DNA of 38,513 nucleotides from an uncultured Gammaproteobacteria bacterium (GTDB lineage Bacteria; Patescibacteriota; Patescibacteriia; Magasanikbacterales; UBA922). Of the stretch, positions 1 through 9,618 are shown in pieces. A program made the position numbers and the translations under genes. The stretch lies in NCBI GenBank assembly GCA_964457885.1, contig CAYWFD010000001.1, positions 1 to 38,513 on the forward strand, read 5' to 3'. The stretch's first letter is position 1. The number at the start of each line of letters is the position of its first letter. Below the pieces are notes generated by a model. The model saw nothing but the letters and a program-made list of their open reading frames with translations, did not search any database and was not told the DNA's origin.

Positions 1-204
1 ATCTTCACAGTAGGTTTGAGGGATAAATCCGTAATTGGTAGGATAATGTACTGCTGAGAAGAGTACTCGATCCAGCTTGATCAATCCCGAATCCTTATCA
101 AGCTCAAACTTACCTTTGCTTCCTTTTGAGATTTCAATAATTGCGTTGACTACCTCAGGAGAACCTTTCCCGATTGATACAGAATGCCATGCATTTTGTT
201 CCAT
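1..204 (-). CDS. ppa: inorganic pyrophosphatase, N-terminal 68 aa only (gene continues past the left edge)
   Basis: Not in the ORF track. Reverse-complement translation from the ATG at 204..202 gives [68 protein letters not shown]. This matches the N-terminal pattern of family I soluble PPases (E..KG...K.E.D...G...vDR......YP.NYGFIP.T). Confidence 0.85.
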   Translation of the reverse strand, partial: MEQNAWHSVSIGKGSPEVVNAIIEISKGSKGKFELDKDSGLIKLDRVLFSAVHYPTNYGFIPQTYCED

Positions 205-274
205 AAACGTATATGATTAAGTTAGCGGTATCCTAGCGCACTAAAAAGGGTTTGTAAAGTAGAAAAGGTGATGG

Positions 275-302
275 TTGATTTTTTTAAATATTTTGCTACA
301 AT
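275..302 (+). promoter_or_regulatory. putative sigma-70 promoter for yebC-ruvC
   Basis: TTGATT (275..280), 16-nt spacer, then TG-n-TACAAT (TG 294..295, TACAAT 297..302), about 38 nt upstream of the ATG at 340. Confidence 0.4.
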
Positions 303-339
303 CTGAATACCTAATGTGTACAAATATTTTTGTTACCGT

Positions 340-1071
340 ATGTCAGGTCACAGCAAATGGCACAATATTCAAGGCAAGAAAGGTAAGGCGGATAAAGCCA
401 GAGCGAGCGCGTTTACCAAAGTCTCAAAAGCGATCACGATCGCAGCACAAAATGGCGGGGGAGACCCAACCATGAATTTCTCATTGCGTCTCGCGATCGA
501 TAAGGCAAAAGAGGTAAACATGCCAAAAGATAATATTGATCGCGCGATCAAGAAAGGGACTGGAGAATTGAAAGATGGGGTGGTCCTTCAGGAGGTGGTA
601 TATGAAGGATATGGTCCGGGCGGTATCGCAGTCATGGTTGAGTCAGTTACCGATAATACCAATCGAGCATTGACCGAAATCAAGAATGCGTTTACGAAAG
701 CTGGTGGGTCACTGGGTAGTAAGGGGGCGGTTGCATGGCAATTTGAGTATACAGCCGTACTCCGAATTTCCTCAGAAAAGAAACAGGATATCAAGAATTG
801 GGAAGAACTCGAGCTTTCACTTATGGACGCAGGAGTTGACGATATTCGTGAAAGTGAGAATGGTGTTGAGCTTGTCGGGCCAAAGGAAAAATTCCAGGTA
901 ATGCTTGAAGTATTACAAAAAGCTGAGGTGATCCCAGAGAGTTCAGGACTTGAATGGATGGCAAAAGAAACGATTGAGCTATCTCATGAACACGTAACAG
1001 CTCTTGAATCGCTTCTCGAAGCGCTTGATGAGCTCGATGATGTGAAAGAGGTGTATACGAATGCACGCTAA
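340..1071 (+). CDS. yebC: YebC/PmpR family DNA-binding transcriptional regulator
   Basis: MSGHSKWHNIQGKKGKADKARASAFTKVSKAITIAAQNGGGDP...NMPKDNIDRAIKKG is the canonical YebC N-terminus. I start at the internal ATG 340; the track start at 316 adds MYKYFCYR, which is not family-like. Confidence 0.9.
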   Translation: MSGHSKWHNIQGKKGKADKARASAFTKVSKAITIAAQNGGGDPTMNFSLRLAIDKAKEVNMPKDNIDRAIKKGTGELKDGVVLQEVVYEGYGPGGIAVMVESVTDNTNRALTEIKNAFTKAGGSLGSKGAVAWQFEYTAVLRISSEKKQDIKNWEELELSLMDAGVDDIRESENGVELVGPKEKFQVMLEVLQKAEVIPESSGLEWMAKETIELSHEHVTALESLLEALDELDDVKEVYTNAR

Positions 1072-1119
1072 TGAAAAACAGTCTCCTCATCGGAGGCTGT
1101 TTTAGTACTACTATATCCG

Positions 1120-1128
1120 TGGTAGAAT
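1120..1128 (+). promoter_or_regulatory. extended -10 element (TGgTAGAAT) just upstream of ruvC
   Basis: TG 1120..1121 and TAGAAT 1123..1128. The ATG at 1140 lies about 4-5 nt after the expected TSS, so the mRNA would be near-leaderless. Confidence 0.3.
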
Positions 1129-1139
1129 ACTCCATACCT

Positions 1140-1649
1140 ATGGCAGCTACCGCAAAAATCACGCGTATTCTCGGTATAGACCCAGGCTTTGGGAGGGTCG
1201 GATTTGGAATAATCGATATCAAGGGGGATATGGTCCGGGTCATTGACTATGGCTGCATTGAGACTCGTGCCACAAAGAATTTTCCGGACCGGCTGGAAGA
1301 AATTGCGGACGAATTGTATACGATCATTCGGACCCACAAACCTCATGCCGCTGCGGTCGAAGAATTGTTTTTTTACAAGAATGTCACGACCGCGATCAAG
1401 GTGGGGCAGGCACGCGGAGTGATCCTACTTACGCTCAAAAAAACCAAAGTGCCGATCCACGAATATACCCCACTTGAAGTGAAACAGAGTGTCACCGGCT
1501 ACGGAAAGGCAGATAAGGCGCAAATGGAGACTATGGTAAAAATGCTTTTGGGAATCAAAAAAAAGATCGCTCCAGACGACGCGGCAGATGCGCTTGCAAT
1601 CGCTCTTACGTGCGCCGCTTCCAAAAAAATGGAGGAAATAAGGGGATAG
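1140..1649 (+). CDS. ruvC: crossover junction endodeoxyribonuclease RuvC
   Basis: ILGIDPGFGRVGFGIID, AVEELFF and PDDAADALAIAL carry the RuvC acidic catalytic residues. The start is moved to ATG 1140; the track start at 1071 adds a non-homologous 23-aa extension. Confidence 0.9.
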   Translation: MAATAKITRILGIDPGFGRVGFGIIDIKGDMVRVIDYGCIETRATKNFPDRLEEIADELYTIIRTHKPHAAAVEELFFYKNVTTAIKVGQARGVILLTLKKTKVPIHEYTPLEVKQSVTGYGKADKAQMETMVKMLLGIKKKIAPDDAADALAIALTCAASKKMEEIRG

Positions 1650-1695
1650 TGCTATACTATTACTCGTGTCCAATACATTAATCATTTTCGTTCAT

Positions 1696-2685
1696 ATGAA
1701 GATTGCCATCAACGGATTCGGCAGGATCGGCCGCCATGCATTCAAAGTCGCATTTCAGAAAAAAGGAGTTGAGATCGTCGGAATCAATGATCTGACCGAT
1801 ACGAGGACGTTGGCCCATCTCTTGAAACACGATACTGCATACAACGATTTTCCGCTTCTGGTTTCATACGATGAAAAAAACATTATCGTAAAAGGAAAGA
1901 AAATTCCGGTCTTTTCTGAAAAAGACCCGGCACTGTTGCCCTGGAAAAAGCTCAAAGTCGACGTGGTTATTGAGTCTACCGGCAGATTTACCGATAGTGA
2001 AAGTGCCAAAGCGCATCTCACTGCAGGAGCAAACAAAGTAGTGATCTCGGCTCCGGGTAAGGGAGAACTCAAAACATACGTCCGCGGAGTAAACGATAAA
2101 GAATACAAGGGGGAACCAATTCTTGATAATGCATCGTGTACCACCAATTGTGCGGCTCCTATGATGCTGGTTCTTGAAAAAGAATTTGGAATCGAAAAAG
2201 CAATGCTGACTACCGTGCATTCGTATACCGCGTCACAGGTCCTTCAGGATGGTCCGTCAAAAGATCTTCGCGAAGCGCGTGCTGCAGCACAGAATATGGT
2301 CCCAACCAAGACCGGAGCCGCAGTCGCGGTTACGCGTACCATTCCTGAACTACAAGGCAAATTCGATGGACTCTCGGTTCGTGTGCCGACGATTACCGTC
2401 TCTCTGACGGATTTGACTGTATTATTGAAGAAAAGTGTCACCGTCGAAGATATCAATAAAGCGTACGTCAAAGCATCAAAAACGTATCTCAAAGGATTGC
2501 TCGCAGTATCATTCGAGCCATTGGTTTCAAGCGACTATATCGGGAGTGTGTATTCGGCGGTTGTTGATGCTGAGCTGACGCGTGTAGTGGATGGAAACCT
2601 GGTAAAGGTAGTCGGGTGGTATGACAACGAATGGGGATATGCGAATCGATTGGTAGAGATGGTCATGATTGCAGGAAAAAAATAA
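1696..2685 (+). CDS. gap: type I glyceraldehyde-3-phosphate dehydrogenase
   Basis: MKIAINGFGRIGR (NAD-binding N-terminus), active-site ASCTTNCAAP and WYDNEWGYANRLVEM. TGcTATACT (-10 at 1653..1658) lies upstream. Confidence 0.95.
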   Translation: MKIAINGFGRIGRHAFKVAFQKKGVEIVGINDLTDTRTLAHLLKHDTAYNDFPLLVSYDEKNIIVKGKKIPVFSEKDPALLPWKKLKVDVVIESTGRFTDSESAKAHLTAGANKVVISAPGKGELKTYVRGVNDKEYKGEPILDNASCTTNCAAPMMLVLEKEFGIEKAMLTTVHSYTASQVLQDGPSKDLREARAAAQNMVPTKTGAAVAVTRTIPELQGKFDGLSVRVPTITVSLTDLTVLLKKSVTVEDINKAYVKASKTYLKGLLAVSFEPLVSSDYIGSVYSAVVDAELTRVVDGNLVKVVGWYDNEWGYANRLVEMVMIAGKK

Positions 2686-2764
2686 TCAAATTAACCACTG
2701 ACAATGAACAATGAGTAAAATTTTAATTTGTTAATTGTTAGCTTCTCATTGTTACATAAGTTTT

Positions 2765-3964
2765 ATGCAACTCCGTTCTATCTCACAGGTCAAAAATTTG
2801 GCAGGCAAACGCGTGTTGGTTCGCGTGGATTACAATGTACCGATTTCCAAAAAAGGGAAAGTGGAAGAAGCCTATCGGATCGCTACATCTCTCCCGACAA
2901 TTACATTGTTGTTGGAACACAAAGCTCGAGTCATTCTTCTGACACATATTGGGCGTCCAGGAGGTAGGGTGGTGAAAGAATTGAGAGTTGATCCGGTCGC
3001 CAAAGTGCTCGAGCGTATGCTGAAGAAAAAAGTGAAAATTATCCGGACACAAAATTGGTCCACTATTCCTGCAATCGAAAAGGCACTCGCAAAAATAAAG
3101 GCAGGTGGAGTAGTACTGTGTGATAATGTTCGTTTTGCCGAAGGTGAGGAAAAAAATGCAACATATTTTTCAAAAGAACTCGCGTCTCTTGCTGACATAT
3201 TTGTATTGGATGGTTTCGGAGTGGCACATCGTACCAGTCCATCAGTTACCGGGGTCGCTGACTACATACCGTCATACGCAGGTTTGCTTCTTGAAAGAGA
3301 AATCAAGGGTTTGTCTCAGTCGCTTGAAGCTCCGAAAAAAGGAAGTGTACTCGTGATCGGAGGAGCGAAGATGGAAACAAAGCTGCCCGTGATCTCACAT
3401 CTCAAAAAGAAAGTCGAAACGATTCTCACTGGCGGAGGTATCGTGAATACCCATCTCAAATCACGTGGATTTGGGATTGGATCCTCAATCGTCGACGCGA
3501 CACTTCTCAAAGAAGCAAAAAAACTCGAAAAAGAACACACGATATTATGGCCGGTAGATGTGGTGGTCGGCCAAAAGGACGGACACTCGGCACGGGTGGT
3601 AGATATTAGTGACAAGCCTTTTTTAATATGTAACGATGATGAAGCCATATTTGATATCGGACCCAAAACCATCAGACGATATGCAGGGTACATGAAAACC
3701 GCAACGACGATTATCTGGAATGGTGCGATGGGTTACTTTGAACAAAAACCCTACGACACAGGGACGCTCGCGATTGCTCGCTTGATCGCCGCACGGTCAC
3801 AAGGTAAGGCGTTTGGAGTTGTCGGAGGTGGGGAAACAATACAGGCATTGCGTATGGTAAAAATGGAAGAGCTTGTTGATCTAGTTTCAACCGGTGGCGG
3901 AGCAATGCTCGAATTTTTGGCAGGGGAAAATTTACCGGGAGTGAGTGTAGTAAGTAAAAAGTAA
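2765..3964 (+). CDS. pgk: phosphoglycerate kinase
   Basis: GKRVLVRVDYNVP, LLTHIGRPGG, NVRFAEGEEKN, FDIGPKT, IWNGAMGYFE and GGGETI are PGK signatures. The start is placed at ATG 2765. Confidence 0.95.
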   Translation: MQLRSISQVKNLAGKRVLVRVDYNVPISKKGKVEEAYRIATSLPTITLLLEHKARVILLTHIGRPGGRVVKELRVDPVAKVLERMLKKKVKIIRTQNWSTIPAIEKALAKIKAGGVVLCDNVRFAEGEEKNATYFSKELASLADIFVLDGFGVAHRTSPSVTGVADYIPSYAGLLLEREIKGLSQSLEAPKKGSVLVIGGAKMETKLPVISHLKKKVETILTGGGIVNTHLKSRGFGIGSSIVDATLLKEAKKLEKEHTILWPVDVVVGQKDGHSARVVDISDKPFLICNDDEAIFDIGPKTIRRYAGYMKTATTIIWNGAMGYFEQKPYDTGTLAIARLIAARSQGKAFGVVGGGETIQALRMVKMEELVDLVSTGGGAMLEFLAGENLPGVSVVSKK

Positions 3965-3978
3965 AAAGAAGAAAAATA

Positions 3979-4044
3979 AAGATTAGAAGATTATTAAGAT
4001 TAGTGCATTAAGACAATCTTTCAGCCTTACAATTTTTTAATCTT
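3979..4044. repeat. AAGATTA mini-repeat cluster in the pgk-SIMPL intergenic region
   Basis: There are three direct copies of AAGATTA(G/T) starting at 3979, 3987 and 3996. The palindrome AAGAcaaTCTT lies at 4010..4020, and an inverted copy TAATCTT at 4038..4044. Confidence 0.5.
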
Positions 4045-4066
4045 TGTTAATTTGTCCACAGAAAAA

Positions 4067-4096
4067 TTAACTGCTAGCACCAGTTTGTGCTATACT
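4067..4096 (+). promoter_or_regulatory. putative promoter for the SIMPL-domain gene
   Basis: TTAACT (4067..4072), 18-nt spacer, then TGcTATACT (TG 4088..4089, TATACT 4091..4096). Confidence 0.35.
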
Positions 4097-4153
4097 TGCA
4101 ACATCATTTGTATTTTCTTTTAACTTTTACTTTTCACCTTTGATTTTGAAAAT

Positions 4154-5068
4154 ATGCCTGTCAAAAAATCATTCGCGCGTCCGGTCATGGATGAGCAGTC
4201 GGCAATGCCCGTGTCTGCACCAGCACCAGTACGCTCTCTCGAATCTGAGCACAGAATGGGATGCTGCACTGATGGAAAATGTGAACGCCCACATCATGCG
4301 TGGTGCGGATGGGTAGGAAAAAAACTCCTCACGACGTTTGCCGGAATTCTGATTGTATACTTGATCGTTTTTTTGGGAGTCCTTATCAGAAATGAAATCA
4401 AAAAATACAATTATGTGGGGAAAGCTCCGACCATGGAGAGAACTATTCGCCTGGAAGGTGAAGGAAAGGTTAGTGTGAAGCCTGATATCGCGATGACCAC
4501 CATGGGAGTTACGACTGAATCAGCAACTGTGGCAGAAGCGCAGGCAAAAAATACTGAAACCGTAAATACTCTGATCTCCCGAATCAAGCAGATCGGAATT
4601 GATGCAGCTGACATCCAGACCAAGGACTATTCAGTATATCCGGTATACAACTATCCGGAAGGCGGAAGCCCAGTACTTCGTGGATACACGATCAGTCAGA
4701 ATGTTGAAGTGAAAATCAGAAATCTCGAAAAAGCGAATCAGGTGATCGCACTTGCTGGGGAAGTGGGCGCGACCAATGTAAACGGACTTCAGTTTACCGT
4801 TGATGATAAAGATGCATATCTTGATGAAGCACGGATGGAAGCTTTGAAGAAAGTTTCAGAAAAAGCAGCAGCCCTTTCAGGCATGCTCGGACTCGATCTT
4901 GCGTCAATCGTATCATATGACGAATATGAGATGAGTGCGAATCCCTATATGTATGCAGAGCGCTCCTATGCAGCGATGGATAGTATGGGCGGCGGGGCTA
5001 CTCCGCAGATTGAAGCAGGGACCGAGGACATTGTATTGCGTGTAGGGGTCACCTTTGAACTTAAATAG
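4154..5068 (+). CDS. SIMPL (DUF541/BP26-like) domain protein with one TM helix and a Cys/His-rich N-terminal tail
   Basis: IRLEGEGKVSVKPDIA...GYTISQNVEVKIRNLEKANQVI...NGLQFTVDD...ARMEALKKVSEKAAAL follows the SIMPL pattern. The TM segment is LLTTFAGILIVYLIVFLGVLI. The N-terminal tail contains GCCTDGKCERPHHAWC. Confidence 0.75.
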   Translation: MPVKKSFARPVMDEQSAMPVSAPAPVRSLESEHRMGCCTDGKCERPHHAWCGWVGKKLLTTFAGILIVYLIVFLGVLIRNEIKKYNYVGKAPTMERTIRLEGEGKVSVKPDIAMTTMGVTTESATVAEAQAKNTETVNTLISRIKQIGIDAADIQTKDYSVYPVYNYPEGGSPVLRGYTISQNVEVKIRNLEKANQVIALAGEVGATNVNGLQFTVDDKDAYLDEARMEALKKVSEKAAALSGMLGLDLASIVSYDEYEMSANPYMYAERSYAAMDSMGGGATPQIEAGTEDIVLRVGVTFELK

Positions 5069-5085
5069 TACGGAAATAATGATTC

Positions 5086-5113
5086 AAAAACGGCCTTTTC
5101 AAGGCTGTTTTTG
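5086..5113 (+). terminator. intrinsic terminator after the SIMPL gene
   Basis: AAAAACGGCCTT-ttc-AAGGCTGTTTTT forms an 8-bp stem (one G-U pair) followed by a T-run. Confidence 0.6.
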
Positions 5114-5115
5114 TT

Positions 5116-5124
5116 TGATATACT
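5116..5124 (+). promoter_or_regulatory. extended -10 element (TGaTATACT) upstream of eno
   Basis: TG 5116..5117 and TATACT 5119..5124; the ATG is at 5151. Confidence 0.35.
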
Positions 5125-5138
5125 TGACTCATCTGTAA

Positions 5139-6407
<1,269 letters not shown>

Positions 6408-6415
6408 AATTCTGT

Positions 6416-7993
6416 ATGGTAAAAAAAATAAAAACCCAATCAGAAAATACATTTTCCCCGACCGTCCTCATCATTCTCGATGGATTCGGGCTGGCTCCTG
6501 AAAAAAATCAGGGTAATGCGATTACCTCGAAAACAGCTCCGAATATTTTCGGATACATGAAAAAATACCCGACTTCAAAATTGAAAACATATGGAGAGCA
6601 GGTAGGACTGTTTCCGGGGCAGCGGGGAAATTCGGAGGCAGGACATTTGAATATCGGAGCCGGACGCATCGTGAAGCAGGATTTGGTGGCAATCTCGGAC
6701 ACGATCCATGATGGCACATTTTTCAAAAATGAAGCGTTCAAACAGGCGATTTTTCATGCAAAAAAATACAAATCAGCTGTGCACCTTATGGGACTCCTGA
6801 CTGATGGAAATTCTGCACATTCGTATCCGGAACATCTATATGCATTGCTTGAGCTCTGTCGTAGAGAAGAAGTGAAAGAGGTGTACGTGCACTTGTTCAC
6901 CGACGGACGAGATTCCGGTCCGCATGCGGCAGCAACCTATCTCCATGAACTTCGGGGGCACATGCTGCATACGGAAAAGATCGCGACTATGATGGGGCGT
7001 CTGTACGGCATGGATCGAAACAAGATTTGGGAGCGAACTAAAGAAGCGTATGAAGCGATCACGATGGGGCGTGGGCACGCAGTCACGAGTGCTGAAGAAG
7101 CGTTGGAGCAGGCATATAATCGCGGGGAAACCGACGAATTTATTACCCCCACCGTCATAGTTGACGCGAAAGGGAGACCGGTAGGTGCAGTCAAGGATCA
7201 TGATGTGATCATATTCTTCAATGCGAGGTCCGACCGTGCCCGGCAGATTACCAAAGCGTTTGTGCAGGAGGATTTCAACAAGAAAAATCCAGGTGCATTC
7301 AGGCGGGTAAAAATTCCCAAAAATATCCGATTTGTTGCACTCACCGATTTCGGTCCTGATCTTGAAAAGATTTTGACTGCGTTTCCGTCACCCGACGTAT
7401 ACAATACGCTTCCGCTTGCACTTTCACACCTGACCCAGCTGTATATCGCGGAATCAGAGAAATATGCGCATGTTACGTATTTTATCAATGGAGGATACGC
7501 CGATCCGGTCAATGGGGAGGATCGCATAAAAATAGAATCGAAGACAGTCGCGCATCATGATGAAAAGCCCCAGATGGCAGCGCGTGAGATTACCAAAAAA
7601 GTTTTGGGCTTCATGAAGAAAGATATATACGAATTCTATTGTATCAATTATGCGAATGCAGACATGATCGGACACACCGAGAATTTCAAGGCGGCATGTA
7701 TCGGTGTTGCGACTCTTGACGAATGTGTCGCAGAGATCGTGCAAGAAACCCTGCTCCATAATGGACAAGTGCTGATTGTCGCAGATCATGGAAACGCAGA
7801 AGAAATGAAAGATCTCAAAACCGGTGAAGTGGATACCGAACACAGTCTCAATCCGGTGCCTTGCATTCTGATCAGAAATACGACCAAAGGAATTAAACTA
7901 AAAGATGGAATTCTTGCCGACGTGGCGCCTACGATTATCAAAATGATTGGAGGACGCCAGCCTCAGGAAATGACCGGTAAACCTCTCGTGTAA
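6416..7993 (+). CDS. gpmI: 2,3-bisphosphoglycerate-independent phosphoglycerate mutase, copy 1
   Basis: LIILDGFGLAP, GNSEAGHLNIGAGR (phosphoserine motif), TDGRD, YANADMIGHT and VADHGNAE. Length is 525 aa. Confidence 0.9.
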   Translation: MVKKIKTQSENTFSPTVLIILDGFGLAPEKNQGNAITSKTAPNIFGYMKKYPTSKLKTYGEQVGLFPGQRGNSEAGHLNIGAGRIVKQDLVAISDTIHDGTFFKNEAFKQAIFHAKKYKSAVHLMGLLTDGNSAHSYPEHLYALLELCRREEVKEVYVHLFTDGRDSGPHAAATYLHELRGHMLHTEKIATMMGRLYGMDRNKIWERTKEAYEAITMGRGHAVTSAEEALEQAYNRGETDEFITPTVIVDAKGRPVGAVKDHDVIIFFNARSDRARQITKAFVQEDFNKKNPGAFRRVKIPKNIRFVALTDFGPDLEKILTAFPSPDVYNTLPLALSHLTQLYIAESEKYAHVTYFINGGYADPVNGEDRIKIESKTVAHHDEKPQMAAREITKKVLGFMKKDIYEFYCINYANADMIGHTENFKAACIGVATLDECVAEIVQETLLHNGQVLIVADHGNAEEMKDLKTGEVDTEHSLNPVPCILIRNTTKGIKLKDGILADVAPTIIKMIGGRQPQEMTGKPLV

Positions 7994-7997
7994 CCAT

Positions 7998-9575
7998 ATG
8001 AATCGCCCAAGACCAGCAGTACTCGCTATCCTAGACGGGTGGGGAGTGGCGCCGCCTAGTGACGGCAATGCAATCTATCACGCCGAAACTCCAAACATGG
8101 ATCGGTTTGTTCATGAATATCCGGCAATGTCCCTATACGCTTCGGGAAACGAAGTGGGATTGTCGTATGGAGAAATGGGAAATTCCGAAGTGGGACATCT
8201 CAATATCGGAGCCGGACGCGTGTATTACCAGACGTTTCCCCGGATTAATAAGACCATCATTGATGGTACATTTTTTCAAAACAAAGCCTTCCTTGCCGCA
8301 CACGAACAGGTAGTGTCGCATAAATCATCGCTACATCTGATTGGGCTCGTGAGTCCAGGAAATGTACATGCAAGTCAGGAGCATCTGTATACATTGTTGG
8401 AGTTTGCAAAGAAAAATAAAATCAAAAAAGTGTACATCCATGTCATTCTCGACGGACGTGATACCCTCTATAATTCAGGTAAAGATTTTGTCTTGAAATT
8501 AGAGGAAAAAATCAAAAAAATCGGTGTCGGCGAAATCGCATCACTTTCGGGTCGGTACTATGCCATGGATCGTGACAATCGTTGGGACCGTATTGAGCGC
8601 GCATATCGCGCCATGGTCGAAGGAGTGTCTGAAGCATATTTCAAAGATCCGCTTGAAGCGATCGAGGCATCATATGAGAAACAGGTCTATGATGAAGAAT
8701 TCATTCCGGTGGTGATTGGTAAAGAAGGGAAACCGACCGCGCGAGTCGAGTCAGGTGACGCAGTGATCTTCTTCAATTTTCGCCCCGACCGTGCACGACA
8801 ATTGACCAAAGCGTTTGTCTTACCGGGCTTTGATAAATTCAAGCGCGAATATTTGAAAGATTTATTATTCGTCACCATGACCGAATACGAAAAAGAAATT
8901 CCGGTAGTCGTGGCTTATCCGCCAGTCGTGGTGCACAATTGTCTTGCTGAAGTTTTGAGTAAGGCAGGGTTGACGCAATTCCATGTGGCGGAGACTGAGA
9001 AATACGCGCACATTACCTTCTTTTTGAATGGTACAGTCGAAGATCCGTTCGAAGGCGAAGGGCGTGCGTTCATTCCTTCGCCCAATGTGTCATCATACGA
9101 CAAAGCCCCAGAAATGTCCGCTCCCGAAATCACCAAGAAGACAATTGAAGCGATCGAATCGGATAAGTATGATGTGATCCTTCTGAATTTTGCGAACGCG
9201 GACATGGTGGGACACACCGGCGATCGCGATGCGACGATCAAAGGATGTGAGGCGATCGACAAGGGACTCGGAAAAATCGCAGAATACGTTAAAGCAAAGG
9301 GTGGAATATTATTGATCACGGCCGATCACGGGAACGCGGAAGAGGTAGTCAATTTGAAGACCGGAGAAAAAGATAAAGAACATAGTAATAATCCGGTACC
9401 CTTTCTTATTATCGGCGAACAATTCCGCGGTCTTGCCGGGCCTACCGGAGACCCGCCTGAGGGTGATCTTAGTCTGGTACATCCGGTCGGAATTTTGGCA
9501 GATGTTGCTCCGACGTTATTAAAAGTCCTGGGGATAGAGCAGCCCCCGGAGATGACCGGAAGATCCTTGATATAA
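7998..9575 (+). CDS. gpmI: 2,3-bisphosphoglycerate-independent phosphoglycerate mutase, copy 2 (diverged tandem paralogue)
   Basis: LAILDGWGVAP, GNSEVGHLNIGAGR, LDGRD, FANADMVGHT and TADHGNAE. It is also 525 aa and starts 4 nt after copy 1 ends. Confidence 0.9.
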   Translation: MNRPRPAVLAILDGWGVAPPSDGNAIYHAETPNMDRFVHEYPAMSLYASGNEVGLSYGEMGNSEVGHLNIGAGRVYYQTFPRINKTIIDGTFFQNKAFLAAHEQVVSHKSSLHLIGLVSPGNVHASQEHLYTLLEFAKKNKIKKVYIHVILDGRDTLYNSGKDFVLKLEEKIKKIGVGEIASLSGRYYAMDRDNRWDRIERAYRAMVEGVSEAYFKDPLEAIEASYEKQVYDEEFIPVVIGKEGKPTARVESGDAVIFFNFRPDRARQLTKAFVLPGFDKFKREYLKDLLFVTMTEYEKEIPVVVAYPPVVVHNCLAEVLSKAGLTQFHVAETEKYAHITFFLNGTVEDPFEGEGRAFIPSPNVSSYDKAPEMSAPEITKKTIEAIESDKYDVILLNFANADMVGHTGDRDATIKGCEAIDKGLGKIAEYVKAKGGILLITADHGNAEEVVNLKTGEKDKEHSNNPVPFLIIGEQFRGLAGPTGDPPEGDLSLVHPVGILADVAPTLLKVLGIEQPPEMTGRSLI

Positions 9576-9589
9576 GTTCCATATTGAAT

Positions 9590-9618
9590 AAAAAAGACCC
9601 CAATCGAGGTCTTTTTTA
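9590..9618. terminator. bidirectional intrinsic terminator between convergent gpmI and the DHH gene
   Basis: AAAAAGACCcc-aatc-gaGGTCTTTTTT is a hairpin flanked by an A-run and a T-run. It abuts the DHH stop codon (9616..9618). Confidence 0.6.
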
